Source: Heptranchias perlo (taxonomy: Eukaryota). Taken from it: a stretch of 64,000 bases of DNA. The stretch lies in contig NC_090351.1 of NCBI RefSeq assembly GCF_035084215.1, positions 33,852,001 to 33,916,000 of the forward strand, written 5' to 3'. The notes under the pieces were generated by a model. The model was not told the DNA's origin, did not search any database, and saw only the letters and a program-made list of their open reading frames with translations. This document shows, one piece after another, positions 12,634-26,400 of the stretch. Position 1 is the stretch's first letter. Each line of letters begins with the position of its first letter. The translations under genes were made by a program, and so were the position numbers.

Positions 12634-14959
12634 CGATGACTGACATTTCCCTCAGATCTAGCCGTATTTTCTGCACTGGGTTCTTATACATATGGGAGGC
12701 CAACTCCTTGGTCTCCACCTGATGGTCTGCGATTGATACCTTGCAGGCGTTTGGATCTTGCTGCGCAGGGAAATAGGTGGCCAGCAAGCTGTCTGATTCA
12801 AAAATATTTTCGTTTTCTTTAAAGCCTTCAAATTTTATTCGGGGCGCCTGTGCATGGCGGCACCCTGAGAGTTTTGTTGGCCCAGGGCCCCCTCCGCCGA
12901 TACCTGAACGTGACACACGTTATTTGTCTGTCAGCTGAAGAGATAAGGAGGGTAAAATTCGTCATGGGCATTAGTGCAAAATGGACACCAGCAAAACAGC
13001 AGCCCATTTTACACTCCGCACGATTTTCGTTTCCATCGTGGCCCAAGACGAATTTCACCTCGAATTTACACTGGAAATCTGTCTTATTTATTTGTGTACC
13101 TGATGGGTAAAAGTTTCACTGTTGACCCTGTAGCCCTCATCCCAGATTACTTTACCATAAGGTCATGTTTCAGTTCATTGGCAGCGTGTGCCTGAATCAT
13201 AACAGGCATGAAATGCATGGAGGAAGTAGTGAATTTTTGAATCTTCTCCTGATCGATAATAAGTTTTTGGAAACTGAAAAATGATGAGAGAATTCTGAAG
13301 AAATGCTGTAAATTTATTTTAAGTGTCTGCATTATTTTTGTCAGTGCCCAGCTCAGTAAATGTCTTGTCATGCACACCTGCATTCAGACCTGTTGTTCTG
13401 TTTCTTCTTCTCTCCCCTTAACCCTTCCTTTTCCAAGTTAAAATGCAATCTTGTCCCATTGATGTAATGAGACAGTTAGAGGAGCGGTAAAGGTGAGTGT
13501 TCTCACTTATAATTTACTCCTCAAATCAATAGTTTTCATAACATTGAATGTCAGATGTCACAGATTTATTAAGTCTACACCTGCATTTAAACATACACTT
13601 AACAGCAGTACTTACGACAAGAACCTTACGAGTTAAGTCGGTGGACTCAAACGCGTTACAATTCCAACCTCAGTATGTTGGTTGCAGATCATAATCGAGT
13701 CCCAAGTATCTGTTCCAACACCTACTTTTTACACCTTTTTCTTACCCCCTCTACGAGACAGTCCACACGTTACAGTATTACCAAATACAAGTCCATATAA
13801 GGTGAATATTAATGATCTGCTTCCTTTGTTCCTTATCAATAATTTTAGCTTTTATCCAGTTATTTTTCCATAGATTGGTACAATTCCCCAACCTTTTTAT
13901 CTTATCAAAGCTTCACTCTTGTTGCTATTCTATCAAGTGAAACTACTAATTTTAAATCTGGACCATGCCATACCAATCTCTTGCTTCTAAAAAGGATGAT
14001 GTGTTCGCAGATATTTCCTTCTGCAGCAACTGATTAAAGTTCTCTGGAGTAAGCACTGGAATGTTTTTAATTAGGTTGATTGTCTAAACTGACCATTGCT
14101 TTAAGGTCAGTCTTAATTCAACAGTTCAGTGGTTACTGCATCTAAGTTGACTTACACTTCCTCACTCAACAGGCTAAAGGTTACTATTACTACAATATAA
14201 AGAGAAATCAGTAGCAGTATAACATTAGCAGATTTCAGGACAATCTGATTAACACAAATTAATGAGGCCCCCTGCCTGTTTAGGTCGGCACTTCATCCAC
14301 ATGCAGAATCTTGCAGGTTCAAATCTGCAATGGCACGAATAGGTCGGGACCTGAACGGGTAGGTTTTTAACAACCGACCCACTTGGTTAAAATCAACCGC
14401 TCCTTTTTTTATAAAACACACTCAATATTAATTTTACCCAATAAAGCTTTTGAAATTTATCCTCTTCTTCCTCAAAATTATTTGAAGAAAAATGACTGAG
14501 CTGAAATGCTCGATGCTTTAGAGAAATATTCTATTTGTACAGCTGACTGAATTGTCCTTTTGCATCCTATGAAATTAGCTACACTATAACTACACTGCAT
14601 CATATGACTACACTTCGGCAAATCCTTTACAAATGCAGACAGAGGAATATATAATCTGAAAAATTGACACAAAAAGTGTGACAAAAATGTATCAACAGGA
14701 AATCAGGTTGTGCAGACAGAAAGTGGCCACAGACATAAATTTTTAACACGATGTAGATAGATAGAAAAATAGCCACCAATTCGAAGCACGCAGCCATCAT
14801 TTTAGTTTTGATTTTTTTCTCCACTAATTTAATAGTCAAGTTCATTTAATGACCAATTCCATTTTTTATGTACATTTGGTGAAAAGGGAAAGCTGGATGA
14901 ACAATGAATATTTGATCAGGACACAAAATTCCATCAAGGTAGATGCAATCAGGAAATCT

Positions 14960-15007
14960 TCATCCTGCCACGTTGGCCGACCTGTGGTGATCTGATTCGT
15001 TGAGGAG
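14960..15007 (-). CDS. Gene B cytoplasmic exon LLNESDHHRSANVAG*
   Basis: paralogous to 75-122. Confidence 0.7.
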   Translation of the reverse strand, partial: LLNESDHHRSANVAG

Positions 15008-18000
15008 CTGAAAGTGAAAATATTTAATGCATCAGATTCATTGATATTGAGAAGTTTGCGTTATTTTACATGTCAGTTCTGAACAGAATTCTATCTGAAA
15101 CTGTTAACAAGTTGAGGAAAGGCCTGCGATAGACTGGAGCTGTGTTGAGATCACACTCCTCCCTCCCCCATCACCATTGCACGTGTGCTGGGAAAAGGTG
15201 TCAGTTGTGCCCCTTTTGCTGTGACACCATTTTCTCACATTCAACATGGGTTTTTCTGCAACCGTGACGGTGGACAGTTGACATCAGAAAACGGTTGACT
15301 TTATTAAATATATTTTAGATAGTCCAGTTGAGGTTCCCAGCAACAATAGAATTAGGTCTGTGTCTGAGCACCCTGGTGCTCGACTGGATAAACAAATCAG
15401 AATGGAATCTTTTCTTGACTGTATTAGTACAGCTTGGCTCAGTGGTAGCACTCTCATTTCAGATGTCAAAAGGTTGTGGGTTCAAGTCCCAGTCCAGGGA
15501 CTTCAGCACATAATCTAGGCTGGCACTTCAGCACTGTGCTGAGGGAGTGCTCTATTGTCAGATGAAACATTAATGGAGGGCCCCATCTGTTTGTTCAGGT
15601 GGACATAAAAGATTCCATGACACTATTTGAAGAAGAGCAAAGGAGTTCACCCAATATTCTGGCCAAAACAGATTATCCAGTCATTTATCTATCTCATCTG
15701 CTGTGTTTGGGACCTTTCTGTGTGCAAATTGTCTGCCACTTTTGTCTTCATAACAACAATAACACTTCAAAAGTAATTCATTGGATGCAAAGAGATTGGG
15801 ACGTCTTGAGGATATAAAAGAGTCTATATAAACGCAGGTTCTTTCTTTATTATATCTGTGACAAATATTTTTGAAAGAATTTTTGGAGTGTTTCATACAG
15901 TCCTTAATCCCTACCTTAGTTTTTCTCGTACACGTTGTGACTGAAACAGTACAAATCACCAGGAGAGCAAAGAGCACCCAGCGTAGCACACTCCACACAA
16001 TGTAACTGAGCAAAAGGGGAGAAATACAAAATCATTCACAAGAAACGGGACTGCTTTGTGTTTTAAACATTTATCTCCTGTTTACACTGTAATCTTAGTA
16101 TTTTGTATCAATGTAAAGCAGCAGAACCAAGGGACTTTAGCTGGGAAACTAAACTAGTGTTTGGCTTATGGAGGAAAGTCAACTTTGTGATCATTAGATA
16201 AAGGCCAAATGAAGCAAAGTTCATGAACATGTCCACAATGTGTAGCTATAAAGGCAAGGCACAATTTTATAATTGAGAACTTTATAAAAGTGACTGACCC
16301 TCTGCCTGGGGCCATGTAGCAGTGGTAATATGTCTCCTCAGGGATGAAAGGTTTATCACAATAACATCAACCTACAACTGCTCATCTGCACCTTCTTTCA
16401 GGCAATTGCTGAGCAGCTGGAAACAGTCAACCTTCCCGTTCTCTCAGTTTGGAAACAGTGTATAACATGGGTAAACTGAGAAGGTGAAAATGACGGAGAA
16501 TGCAAATGCCACTCCAGAATAGTGGAAGGCAAAACCAGCATTGCTGGGGTTTGGCAAGTACAACTCATCTCACGCCATGAGACTAGGTTTGGGGTGAAGT
16601 CATCATGGTGAATAATGCAAACAGCACCACCTGAGGGGTGGCAAAATGGAGGTGCTTATTTCTTATTCTTATTTTCCACCGACAAAAATAGCACCTTTGT
16701 TCGGAAGCTAACACAACAGCATGATGTAAATCCAGCCACCATTTCCATTATGATCAGTTATAGTCTGGAACAGTAAATATTTGTGAACCCTTGTGCCAAA
16801 TTTGTTAAAGAACATTTATTTTCTCAGATGCAAACAGTGCCAATCAAAACACAAGCAATGAGAACATTGTACCTTTTACTGGCAGATGTGGATCCTGAAG
16901 ATGTGGTTCGATTATCAGTGGAATTGATATTTTTACTTGTGGAACATGTGGTTTTTGGTGATACTGTTGAAAAATCTTCACAAGTATATACAGGTCCTAT
17001 TGAGGCAAGGGAATAAAGTTCAGATTCACCTGATTCTGACTTGTAGTCAACCTAGAGAACACTATTGTTAAATGGAACCTCAGTACTTGAGTAAAATCCT
17101 GGTTGGTATATTGGATTTGGATGCTTTCATTTCTGTGTAATTTCCCCTCTCTGGTAGCAAGGAGAGATGCTGCTAACACCTGGCAGCGGCCCATTTTTAG
17201 TGATATTTCAGTTATTTCCCCATATCCGAGTGTTTGCATTACAGAATTACTATTGGGACAGTTAAAGATCTCGGGTTGGTGGGTCTACAAACCAGATATT
17301 CCCTTTTTTGCCCCACGCAAACGTAAAGGAAAGTTAGAGCCAGGGAATGATCTCTGCCACCACCGGAAAGTGTATTCCTGGGCGCCTAGCAACCGCGATG
17401 CTGCCCTGGAGCGATGTCCTCAGTGGAATAGGAACATCAGCAGTGCATTGAGCTCATCGGGAAATATTAGACCAATAATTACTGTTGTCGATATTAGTAG
17501 ACAAGCAGTTAAAATTCGTAAGGCATTCCTCGTTTAAAAGAATGTTTCATTCAGAACAGCAGATAAAGGAATGTCACACGCACACATTAAACAGTCGCCT
17601 GCTAATACTGACAACGGTCAATTCTAGCCTCTTGGGGTCGGTTTCCTGAGCTTGCCAAGTGATGGGAAACCTCAGCCACCGGGAGTGGATATCGCAAATC
17701 AGGGACCGGCTCGCAAACAGATGCAATAGATATTAGTTTTAAAAATTCAGTTCCCATATTGTTTGTTTAAAGTAACACTTACCAATGCTGCTGATTCGAG
17801 CCACATAACTGCAGTTTTTCTCTGATCTGTTCCAGACTGACACATCAACCATTTCACTGGATTTTCCTCCATTATTATTTGAGGCTCTGCAGTAATATTG
17901 ATGATGAACTTGGGTGAAGGAAGAACATTGTAGATCCAGTTTATCAGATTCAGAGATCGTTAAATCTTCAGACGTGGCCTTTTTATACCATGTGTACCGA

Positions 18001-21000
18001 ATGGGAAGGGACCCTTGGACAGACTCACAGGAGACTGACACTGAGCCCCCAAAACATGAGGCACTTGGTGGTGATAAAAATCGAAGCACAGGAACAGACA
18101 CAGATTCTGTGGGAAAGAAACAAACATTCAGACACTGACTGACTCTGCTTCTTGCACTGGATCCAAACTATCCCTGATCTTTAATGGGATGAGAGAGATT
18201 AAATAGCCTTCAAAAGCACCTGAAAGAAGAGGAACAATTGTGCAAGTTTTTGCTTTTTTTGAAAAACAGCAGCATAATTGATCCAGATGGAAATAATCTT
18301 CTCATCATTTTTGCTTTGATGAAACCCATCATGAATTTGCCAGGTTGGAGCAGTCTATGGGGTAGAAATTGGGATGTGTTTTATTCCAATTCCGGGCGTA
18401 AAATGGTGCAACGTATACCAATTGCTGGGCGTGAAGTCCTGTGCCTGATTTGCATTGAGCCATGCCCACTGCCCTATTGGTCGACTCTATTTTTAGGCGT
18501 CCCTAGTGGTCGCCTGAAAGCAGCGTTGCATTAATTTAAATATGCAAAGAAGGGTCCTGGGCTTGTTTTAGCAAGCTTCTGCAAAATTTTTGAGAAACTA
18601 GGCAGAGCGTACACCGTGAATGTTCTGACTGGTTTACCCAGTTCTACAGTGGCCTAACCAGAGTTCCTTAAAGAGACCCATTGAGATCACTGAAGAATCG
18701 CGACTGCGCTCGGTCCCCCAGCGTTTTCCACCGGTGTCCAAGCAGGACGTTCCTGAGGGCCGCTGGTGAATAGACAGCAGGCTCAAATTTGATCCCCAAT
18801 GTTGGAAGTAGCCAGCAGCTCGCCTCTATTATCAAAATGAGGCCAATTTCAGATGAGCCTCAGGCCTCTGGCTTCTTGGGGAGCGCTTTCAGCCTGTCGC
18901 TTATTTTGGGCCCAGAAATGAGCCTAAAAGAATTTCCAACCCTATTGTTTTCAGGTGGGGGTTTGGTCGAATGTTGAATGCATTTCCAGGAATGGCCTGG
19001 CCCAGGTCCAGTTTGTACCAGAACTCCCTCATATGGGAATTCTGCAACCAACATCTAAAATTCAAATGCTTTCCAATTTTTATTTTACTTCTGAGACAAA
19101 ACCAGAATAAGCTTTCCTGTAACTCAGCCAGGCCCTGCCATTTTGGAACCTCACCAGCACATCTACATCTCCATGTCTCTCCATCCTGCGAGCAGCCTGA
19201 ACTACCATGTCTAATATCAGAACATAGCAGCGCTCCAGATCAGGAGAGCAGCAATGATACTGGGGATGTGTCAATTTGAAAATCAGGGCTAACAATTTCT
19301 CTCAGTAGTAGGTTACTAGCCTCCAATGCTGTTTAATTGTTTGACACTCGAACATGAGCTAGTTGGAGAAAGTCCGAGAAACCACAGCAGAATATGAGTG
19401 CAACAAATTGGAGATTTCTGCACATGTTTTGTGGATTTCGACAGGGAGAGTAATTGTGATTGGTTTCAGCGAACTGCAGCTGAAAAGGAACCCTTTATCT
19501 CAGTTTTATTGGAGTAGCCAAAGCACAAAGGTGACCAGCTTGACACTTTCAATGAGAATTGTCAGGTCTTCAGTGCTGTTGCGGCCACACCCTGTTCTCA
19601 GAAACTGATTGGGACAAAATTTGCTTTGTGACTGGACAGTCTCTCTTTGAAATGCTACTGCTTGCCAGCCTGTCCCTCAGCACTTCCCTACTCACCCACC
19701 CAGATCCATTGAAAAATCAATAGGAGGTGTAGAGGATGTAGAAGATTGTATTTAGTATTTGATCCATCAGGAGGTTTGCTTGGGAGGAAGATAATGGGCC
19801 ATAATTTGCTGTGGCAGAGCATCCAACGGTGTTTGCCGTTAGTTAGACTTGCCCTTGCTCGTTTAGTTTTCAAATTGTTTGCGGGTAAGTTACTGAAAGT
19901 GCGAGTTGATAACATCGCAGCGAGGGAAACAGGGCATCTGGGACCTGCGTGGACAGAGCAAGAAACCGTGTATCTCCTTCACCAGTCAGATTCAAGGATT
20001 TTGAAATAATCAATGCAAGGATTGAGAAGGAAGTGTAAATGAGAATGAATTGAATGTCCAATCAGGTACAGAAAGAGAAATAAAGAGAGGGAAAGAAGGA
20101 TTGGATGAAGAAAGAAAGAAAAAGGAAATGAAATTTTTTAAATTTCCAACTACAATTAAAACCTGAAGGATTGAAACTCCACACTTGTAAGTTTTCAGTG
20201 CCAAAGAGGTTGCTTGGCAGTAAATAACACTTATCACGTTGTTAAAAGGGTACTCAGACTTGAAATGACTTGACTCAACTTACTGTGGAGAGTTTAATTT
20301 GTATCTACCGTGCAAATACAGCAACTTCATGCCGTTCAATGTATTTCAATGGTGCGGCAGACAGCAAGATGCCCTTTTTGTGAAGCTAAGGGCAGAACGG
20401 TGCAACTTGGACAGCAACTTTTGGATTTCTGTGTTAACCAGGCATCTGCCCCTCGCCTGAATTTGCTGCACCATTTGCGTGTAAATAATGGCGATCGCCA
20501 TTAGTCTCACCGCTATTTTGACAGCAAAATCCGGCGCAACGTGACAACATGAATAAAGAGGCTTCTTTTACCATCAAGAGAGTGATCTAGCTTTTCAATT
20601 TTAAGTTTAGCTCGCTTGTAAAGTTGAACTGTATTGTGCTGAACTAAGTATCTGGTTGATTCTGTATGCCTCCCATCAGATCAGGAAACCTACAAAAATC
20701 TGTTACGCTCATGTGGATTGATTCCATTTTTAGTGTTTTCTAGGTATTTATCCCATTAAAGACTACTTGCTTCTTACTGCTTTTGTTATTGTCTTTCTAT
20801 TAGCTTTTAGCCTGAATGTAAACATCTGACAGTGTGAAATTTGATACAGTTCAGAGACAGGAAGATGTGTTGAGCATCCATGTGAGGTCTGGTGTAATAC
20901 ACTGTAGTTAAAGTAACTGTTGGTCCCATAATACGTGAAATTTTTGGTTGGATAGTTGGACAGGCCACGAATTGCGTGTGAGCAACACGAGTCGTATTTC

Positions 21001-23478
21001 CAGACCTCTGCCCACTTCCTGGAAGACTCTGCACTGCTGCGGAGCCTCGGAAAATCAGTGCTGTATTTTTCTTCCCAGATGAAACATTGAACAGACATTT
21101 TAGTCGTGTATAATAAAGTATATCACTGAGAAAAGTACCGTAAGATATTTGTAGCCATAAGTTAAACCTTGGATCGATGCCAGATTGTTCAATACCACAG
21201 CTGTACCATCCGCTATCTCCCGAGCGAAGATCGTTCATAGTAACAACGAATATTCCTTCTCTCTTGTTATCTGTGATTGACATTCTTCCTCGCTGTCCAT
21301 CTTGCTCACTTGTTTTTACTAAAACTGAACAATCACTAGTCCAGCCATGACACAAGTGTTTCACATATGACCGGTACGTATGTTTGTCATAGTGACAGTC
21401 TATTGTGATCGCTCTTCCCACAACTCCATTTACATTTTTTTTTGCCCACAATGCACCTGAAACTGAGGAGACAACACTTCAGAAATTGAACAGGAAGTAA
21501 CTGCTAAATACAAACAGATGCATTTTAATAAGAACTTCCACTGTGTACAGAAGAATCTCTCCACTACGTCCATTAATACAGTGAATTACTTTTGAAGTGT
21601 AGTCACTATCGTTGAACAAGAACAGCAACAACAGCTTGCATTTATATAGCACCTATAACATAGAAACACAAGCTAAGATATAATCAAAAGTAAATGGATA
21701 CTGAGCTAAGGCAGGAGATATTTGGAGAGGTGTGTAACAGCTTGGTCAAAGAGGTGGGTTTTATGGAGGGTCTTAAAGGAGGAGAGGTGGAGGATTTCAT
21801 ACAGGGAATTTCACAATGTGGTGCCAAGGTGGTTGAAGGCAAACCATTCCCACTAATGGTGGGGCAAAGGTAGGGATCGATGCACAAAAGATCACAGTCA
21901 GCGGAAGGGAGATTTCGTGAGGGAGTTGGTGCGTAGGGCTGGAGGAGGTTACTCAAATAGTGAGGGGCCATTTCATGAAGGGATTTAAACACAAGGATGA
22001 AAGTTTGAAGTTTTGAGAGACCGAGAGCCAATGTCGGTCAGCAAGGACAGGGGTGATGGATGAGCGGGACCTGAAACAGGCAGCAGAATTTTGGATGAGT
22101 TGATGTTTATGGTGGGTGCAAGAGGGGAGGCAGGCCAGGAGAACATTGGAATAGTTCAATCTGGAGGCAACAAAGACATGGATGTGGGTTTCAGCAGCAG
22201 ACGGGTGGAAGTATGCAGACTTTGTAATGAACTTGATATCTACAGGAAAAGTGCTCCAGATTGTCTGTAAGATCAATGAGCAAGACCTCGAGGATATTAA
22301 TCACAGGATTATTCCCAGTGTCACATGGTAATTACTATAAGAATAGTAAGATAAGAGAAGTAATTTTGTGACTGGAGAGATGGTTCAGAAGAAAAGGGTT
22401 CATATTCCTGGCACCTTGGGACCAGGTGTGGAAGAGGAGCATCCTGTAGAGGACGGGAGGAGTTTACTTGAACAGCGCCAAGACCAATGGCTTTGCTGGG
22501 AGAGGAACTGATGCTGTGGGCAAAGAGTTTACTCCCAAATGGCAGGAGGGTGGTTAAAAATAAGCTGAAGAGGCACGAGGAAGAGGACGGAGGGCTGAGG
22601 ATATAGGATAGATAAAAGAGGGAAATGGGGAGGGGAAAGAGAACAGTTCAGAAAGAGGAAGGTTTGAAAAGAGGAAGATTGCCATAACAGAGGCGTGCTT
22701 CAGTTGAATGTTCAAAAAGTATTCTGCATAAAATTGGCAAGTTGAGGCACAAATATTTATGGGGAGGTTTGATATAATAGAATTAACAGACTCATGGCTT
22801 AGAGTCGGGTGGGACTGGGAGTTTAACATTGCTGGTTACAAAATAGATTAGTCCAAAATGGTGGCGGGGAGGCAGTATTAATCAGAAATTCCATTACAGC
22901 ATTAAATCATAAAGATGATATGGGGCTGAATCTACTTGGTTGGAGTAAAAGAAGAAGAAGAAAACGGTTACTTATTGGGAGAGTAATATCGACCAAACAG
23001 TGGGCGTCCTCTCCCAGTGAGGAACAGTGTCACTGACTGAGCTTCGTTAAACAATATTTCATCGGCTGTACTTTAAATAACGAAAACAGTTGCAAATTTG
23101 TGACATTTTCTATTTGAGGGATTATAACTACTGCAGTCTTCAGTGTATATTGGACATCAGATTATATTATAAAAGTCACTTTTTACAGATTAAATCTGGT
23201 TTCCTTTGCATTTTGATTGTTACTTTTGCAGCTTTATTTTCCACTCACAATTAAGAATGCATTTTCGTCTGGTGAATAATACAGTGAAAAAGAGATACAA
23301 GACTATATGCAAATGTACTTTTGCTGAGTATTTTGTGCCTTTACATTTCTCCAAATATTTAAACATCTCTGCTGTTTAAACCATGCACGAGACTTAAACT
23401 AACACTGATTATCTGAATATCCAGCTCTGGCGGTCACTCACCGGGCAGGGAACAAATGAGAAGAATCAGAATCCGCAT
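14960..23478 (-). CDS. Gene B: V-C2 activating receptor paralogue, 315 aa predicted; V-domain core YW changed to HL
   Basis: Exons 23442-23478, 21139-21462, 17783-18106, 16873-16996, 15915-16005, 14960-15007; intact GT-AG sites and frame. Confidence 0.87.
15430..15850 (+). mobile_element. tRNA-derived SINE (duplicated copy)
   Basis: paralogue of 545-960. Confidence 0.8.
15915..16005 (-). CDS. Gene B TM exon (Arg)
   Basis: YIVWSVLRWVLFALLVICTVSVTTCTRKTK; donor gtaggg. Confidence 0.88.
16873..16996 (-). CDS. Gene B stalk exon
   Basis: GPVYTCEDFSTVSPKTTCSTSKNINSTDNRTTSSGSTSASK. Confidence 0.85.
17783..18106 (-). CDS. Gene B C2-domain exon
   Basis: overlaps ORF 17739..18101; same splice sites as gene A. 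Confidence 0.92.
21139..21462 (-). CDS. Gene B V-domain exon
   Basis: within ORF 20807..21451; KHLCHGWTSDC, DSGWYSCGI. Confidence 0.92.
23442..23478 (-). CDS. Gene B signal-peptide exon
   Basis: identical to gene A leader; donor gtgagt. Confidence 0.85.
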
Positions 23479-26400
23479 TGTTTTATTCACAAAGAAGAGA
23501 TCAGCACTTGTCGTCAGTCACCCAGCTCTTAGTTCTCATATCTAAATAAATATCTTCATGATGCGAGGAATTGAAATGAGGAAGAAAGTAGCAGGAAGCC
23601 AGATCGTGAAACCGCAGGAAACCAGGCGATGAAATGTTACGCCTGAGAACTTGAAATATTGTCAGTTATATTTAACAAACAAAATTAAACTAATTTTCAT
23701 CAATGAATAGAAAATTGTGAAAACAGGAATGTGAAAATGTTAACAGGAATGGAGAATGGCGACCCAAGCAAAGTATTTATGCTGAATTGTGAGGTGAGAT
23801 CTGGAACACAAGTGAAAGAAAAACCTCAGACAAGTGTTGAGATTGGCAGGAAGATTCAATCCCCTCTCCTTCCCACAGTGTACTGTGTATGGAAACTAGT
23901 TTCACTGATAAAACAGTTAATGCTGTGCTTATTAACAGCATGAAGAATGTCTGGCCACATAGTCGGAAATCCCGTAAAGTCACATGTTAAGTGTCAGAAC
24001 TATACCAACAACAACAACAACTTGCATTTATATAGCACCTTTAACACAATAAAATGTCCCAAGGTGTTTCACAGGAGTGATTGTCAAGCACAATATATCA
24101 CCGAGACACAGAAGTAGATGTTAGGACATGTGACTAAAAGCTTGTTCAAAGAGGTAGGTTTTAAGGAGCATCTTAAAGGAGGAGAGAGAGATAGAGAGGG
24201 AGAGAGGTTTAGGGAGGGAATTCCAGAGCTTAGGGCCAATGCAGCTGAGGGTACGGCCAGCAATGGTGGAGCGATCAAAATGGGGGACGCGCTACAGTCA
24301 AGAATTGGAGGAGCGCAGAGATGGTGGTGGTGAGGTAGAGCTGGGTGTGATCAGCGTACATGTGGAATCTGACGATGTGTTTTCAGATGATGTCACCGAG
24401 GGGCAGCATGTAGATGAGAAATAGGTGGGTCCAAGGATAGATCCTTGTGGGACTCCAGAGGTAACACAGGGCACACTACCCATGATTTCCTGTTTGTTAA
24501 CGTTAATGGATGGTGACATGGACTCTGGGACATTTCCACCCACCATGTTCTTTCACATGGGTGTCGGGTTGTGGTACATTGTCCTAGTGTGCAGCACCAC
24601 ACAGTAATGCACACAGTTCCACATCCACTGTTCGGGGTGAATTTTAACCTCAGGAACGGGTGGTTTGGGGGTGGTTGGGAAGGTAACAATTGTAAAAATG
24701 TAAAGCCCGACCCCAACCTGCCCACTTCCGGTTATAACGGAGGCGGTTCGAGGGGTGGGCGACCAACCCGTTCTCAGGAGACGGGTCGGTCAGTGAAAGC
24801 TTTTAAGGAGGCTGCGGGCGTCCATTTTGAAAGGTTTTTTATTTTTTAACCCCTGGGGGCCGGGATTACCGGGCCTTCTGCCTTAGGCCACGTGAGAGGA
24901 GCCAAGAAGGCCTGGATCAGCAGTGAAGTGCTTATATTGCATTGCTTGTAGGCCAGGAGGAGCAGGACTGCTTCCCCCAGCCCAAAAAGCTCACCTGTCG
25001 CGATCGCACTCATGCGGTCTCCGACACTCCCCCCACCGATCCCCGACCCCTCCATTGTCGCCCACCCTAACCCAACTATCTCCGACACCCCCACGAGTGC
25101 CTGCGCCCCCCCCCACCATTTCCAAACCCCAATATCCGACCACCCATGACTGTGCCCCTGATGAGCCTCCCAGTGATCACAGACTCTGATGAGTCTCCCC
25201 GAGGACCAACACCCCACCGATGACCGACCCTCTGATGACCCCGTCCCCGAACCCCCTGATGACCTCCGATGACCGACCCTCCCCCACCATCTAAGACTTA
25301 TCTGCTGGCATCTGCTCCCCTGCTTTTCCCCCGTCCGACTGATAGCCAGCTTGTCAATCTGGCTGGCCTGTCGGGCAGAAAACCTACAGAAAAAAATGAA
25401 ATGCGTTCTTATGTCAAAATCATAAGTGCGTCCGGGAAACACGGTCTTCTGGGTTTCTGGTCAGGATTTCTGACCCCCTCCCACTACCTGTCTCCCCGTT
25501 TAAAATTTACCCCCTCATCTCCAAAAGATAAGATTCTTCCCCATTGGCAGGGAAAGAAAATTAAAAGCGATTGTATCCTTGAACATTTTTAAGTAGCTCT
25601 TTGGATACAAAGTGTCTTTGGGAGACTGGGATCAGCTGGGTGGCTGCTGTAGATTCCACTGAAGCTGGCACATGCTCCATTGGTGGCTGAAATGAAGAAA
25701 AAGCTTCCCTGATGTTGCTGCAGATGAGAACTGTAAACTCAAGAGTCACAGTTGTCAGTTGATCCACATCCTTGAACCCTGACCTTAGAGCCTGCATGTC
25801 GGTGTGATGTTCCTCAAACATCCTGCTTTTCAGGAAAGTATCCATGAGTTCGGGCTCTCAGGACTCCAAAGGCAAAGGCAGCCTTCTCATCGGCCTCCAC
25901 ATGGACGGTGGCACATTGTTACCTACTTCTCACACCTCCAGCCCCCTTGTGCTCTGTGAATCACCACACCATCACAAAACACTATCTAATTTTCCTCGGG
26001 TGAATGTACCTGAGCTGGTGCCTGGGATTTAAGAAGAAGGTGACAATGGTGATGAGTTGAAAGGTGTTGGGACAGAGGAACAAGGGCCATAAGGTGTCTG
26101 CAGGAAATCATGGGTTGGCTTCATCACCATCCTGGTCTACTGGTGGGCCAAGGAGACGGAGAAAGCAGTGGACGCTTGTTGGCGTGTGACACTTCATAGA
26201 GATGCCAGGGCAATGGTGTTATGTTGGCAATATGCCCAGACCTCCCCATCTCCCATGGCACGAGGAGAGTGATTCCCCATGAGTTCCATGGCCTCCTCCT
26301 CGTAGGACAAGTGTTCTAAAGTTAAGGATGGCACCCCCGCTGGGCATTGTGCACTGCTTTCTCCTGCAAGAGGATGGAATAAATTAGGGGAAGGCTAGCA

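Larger units (their letters stand above)
1..14885. repeat. Tandem segmental duplication unit 1 (~14.9 kb)
   Basis: sequence at 1 recurs at 14886 and 29675; identical ORF at 399/15284/30073. Confidence 0.95.
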
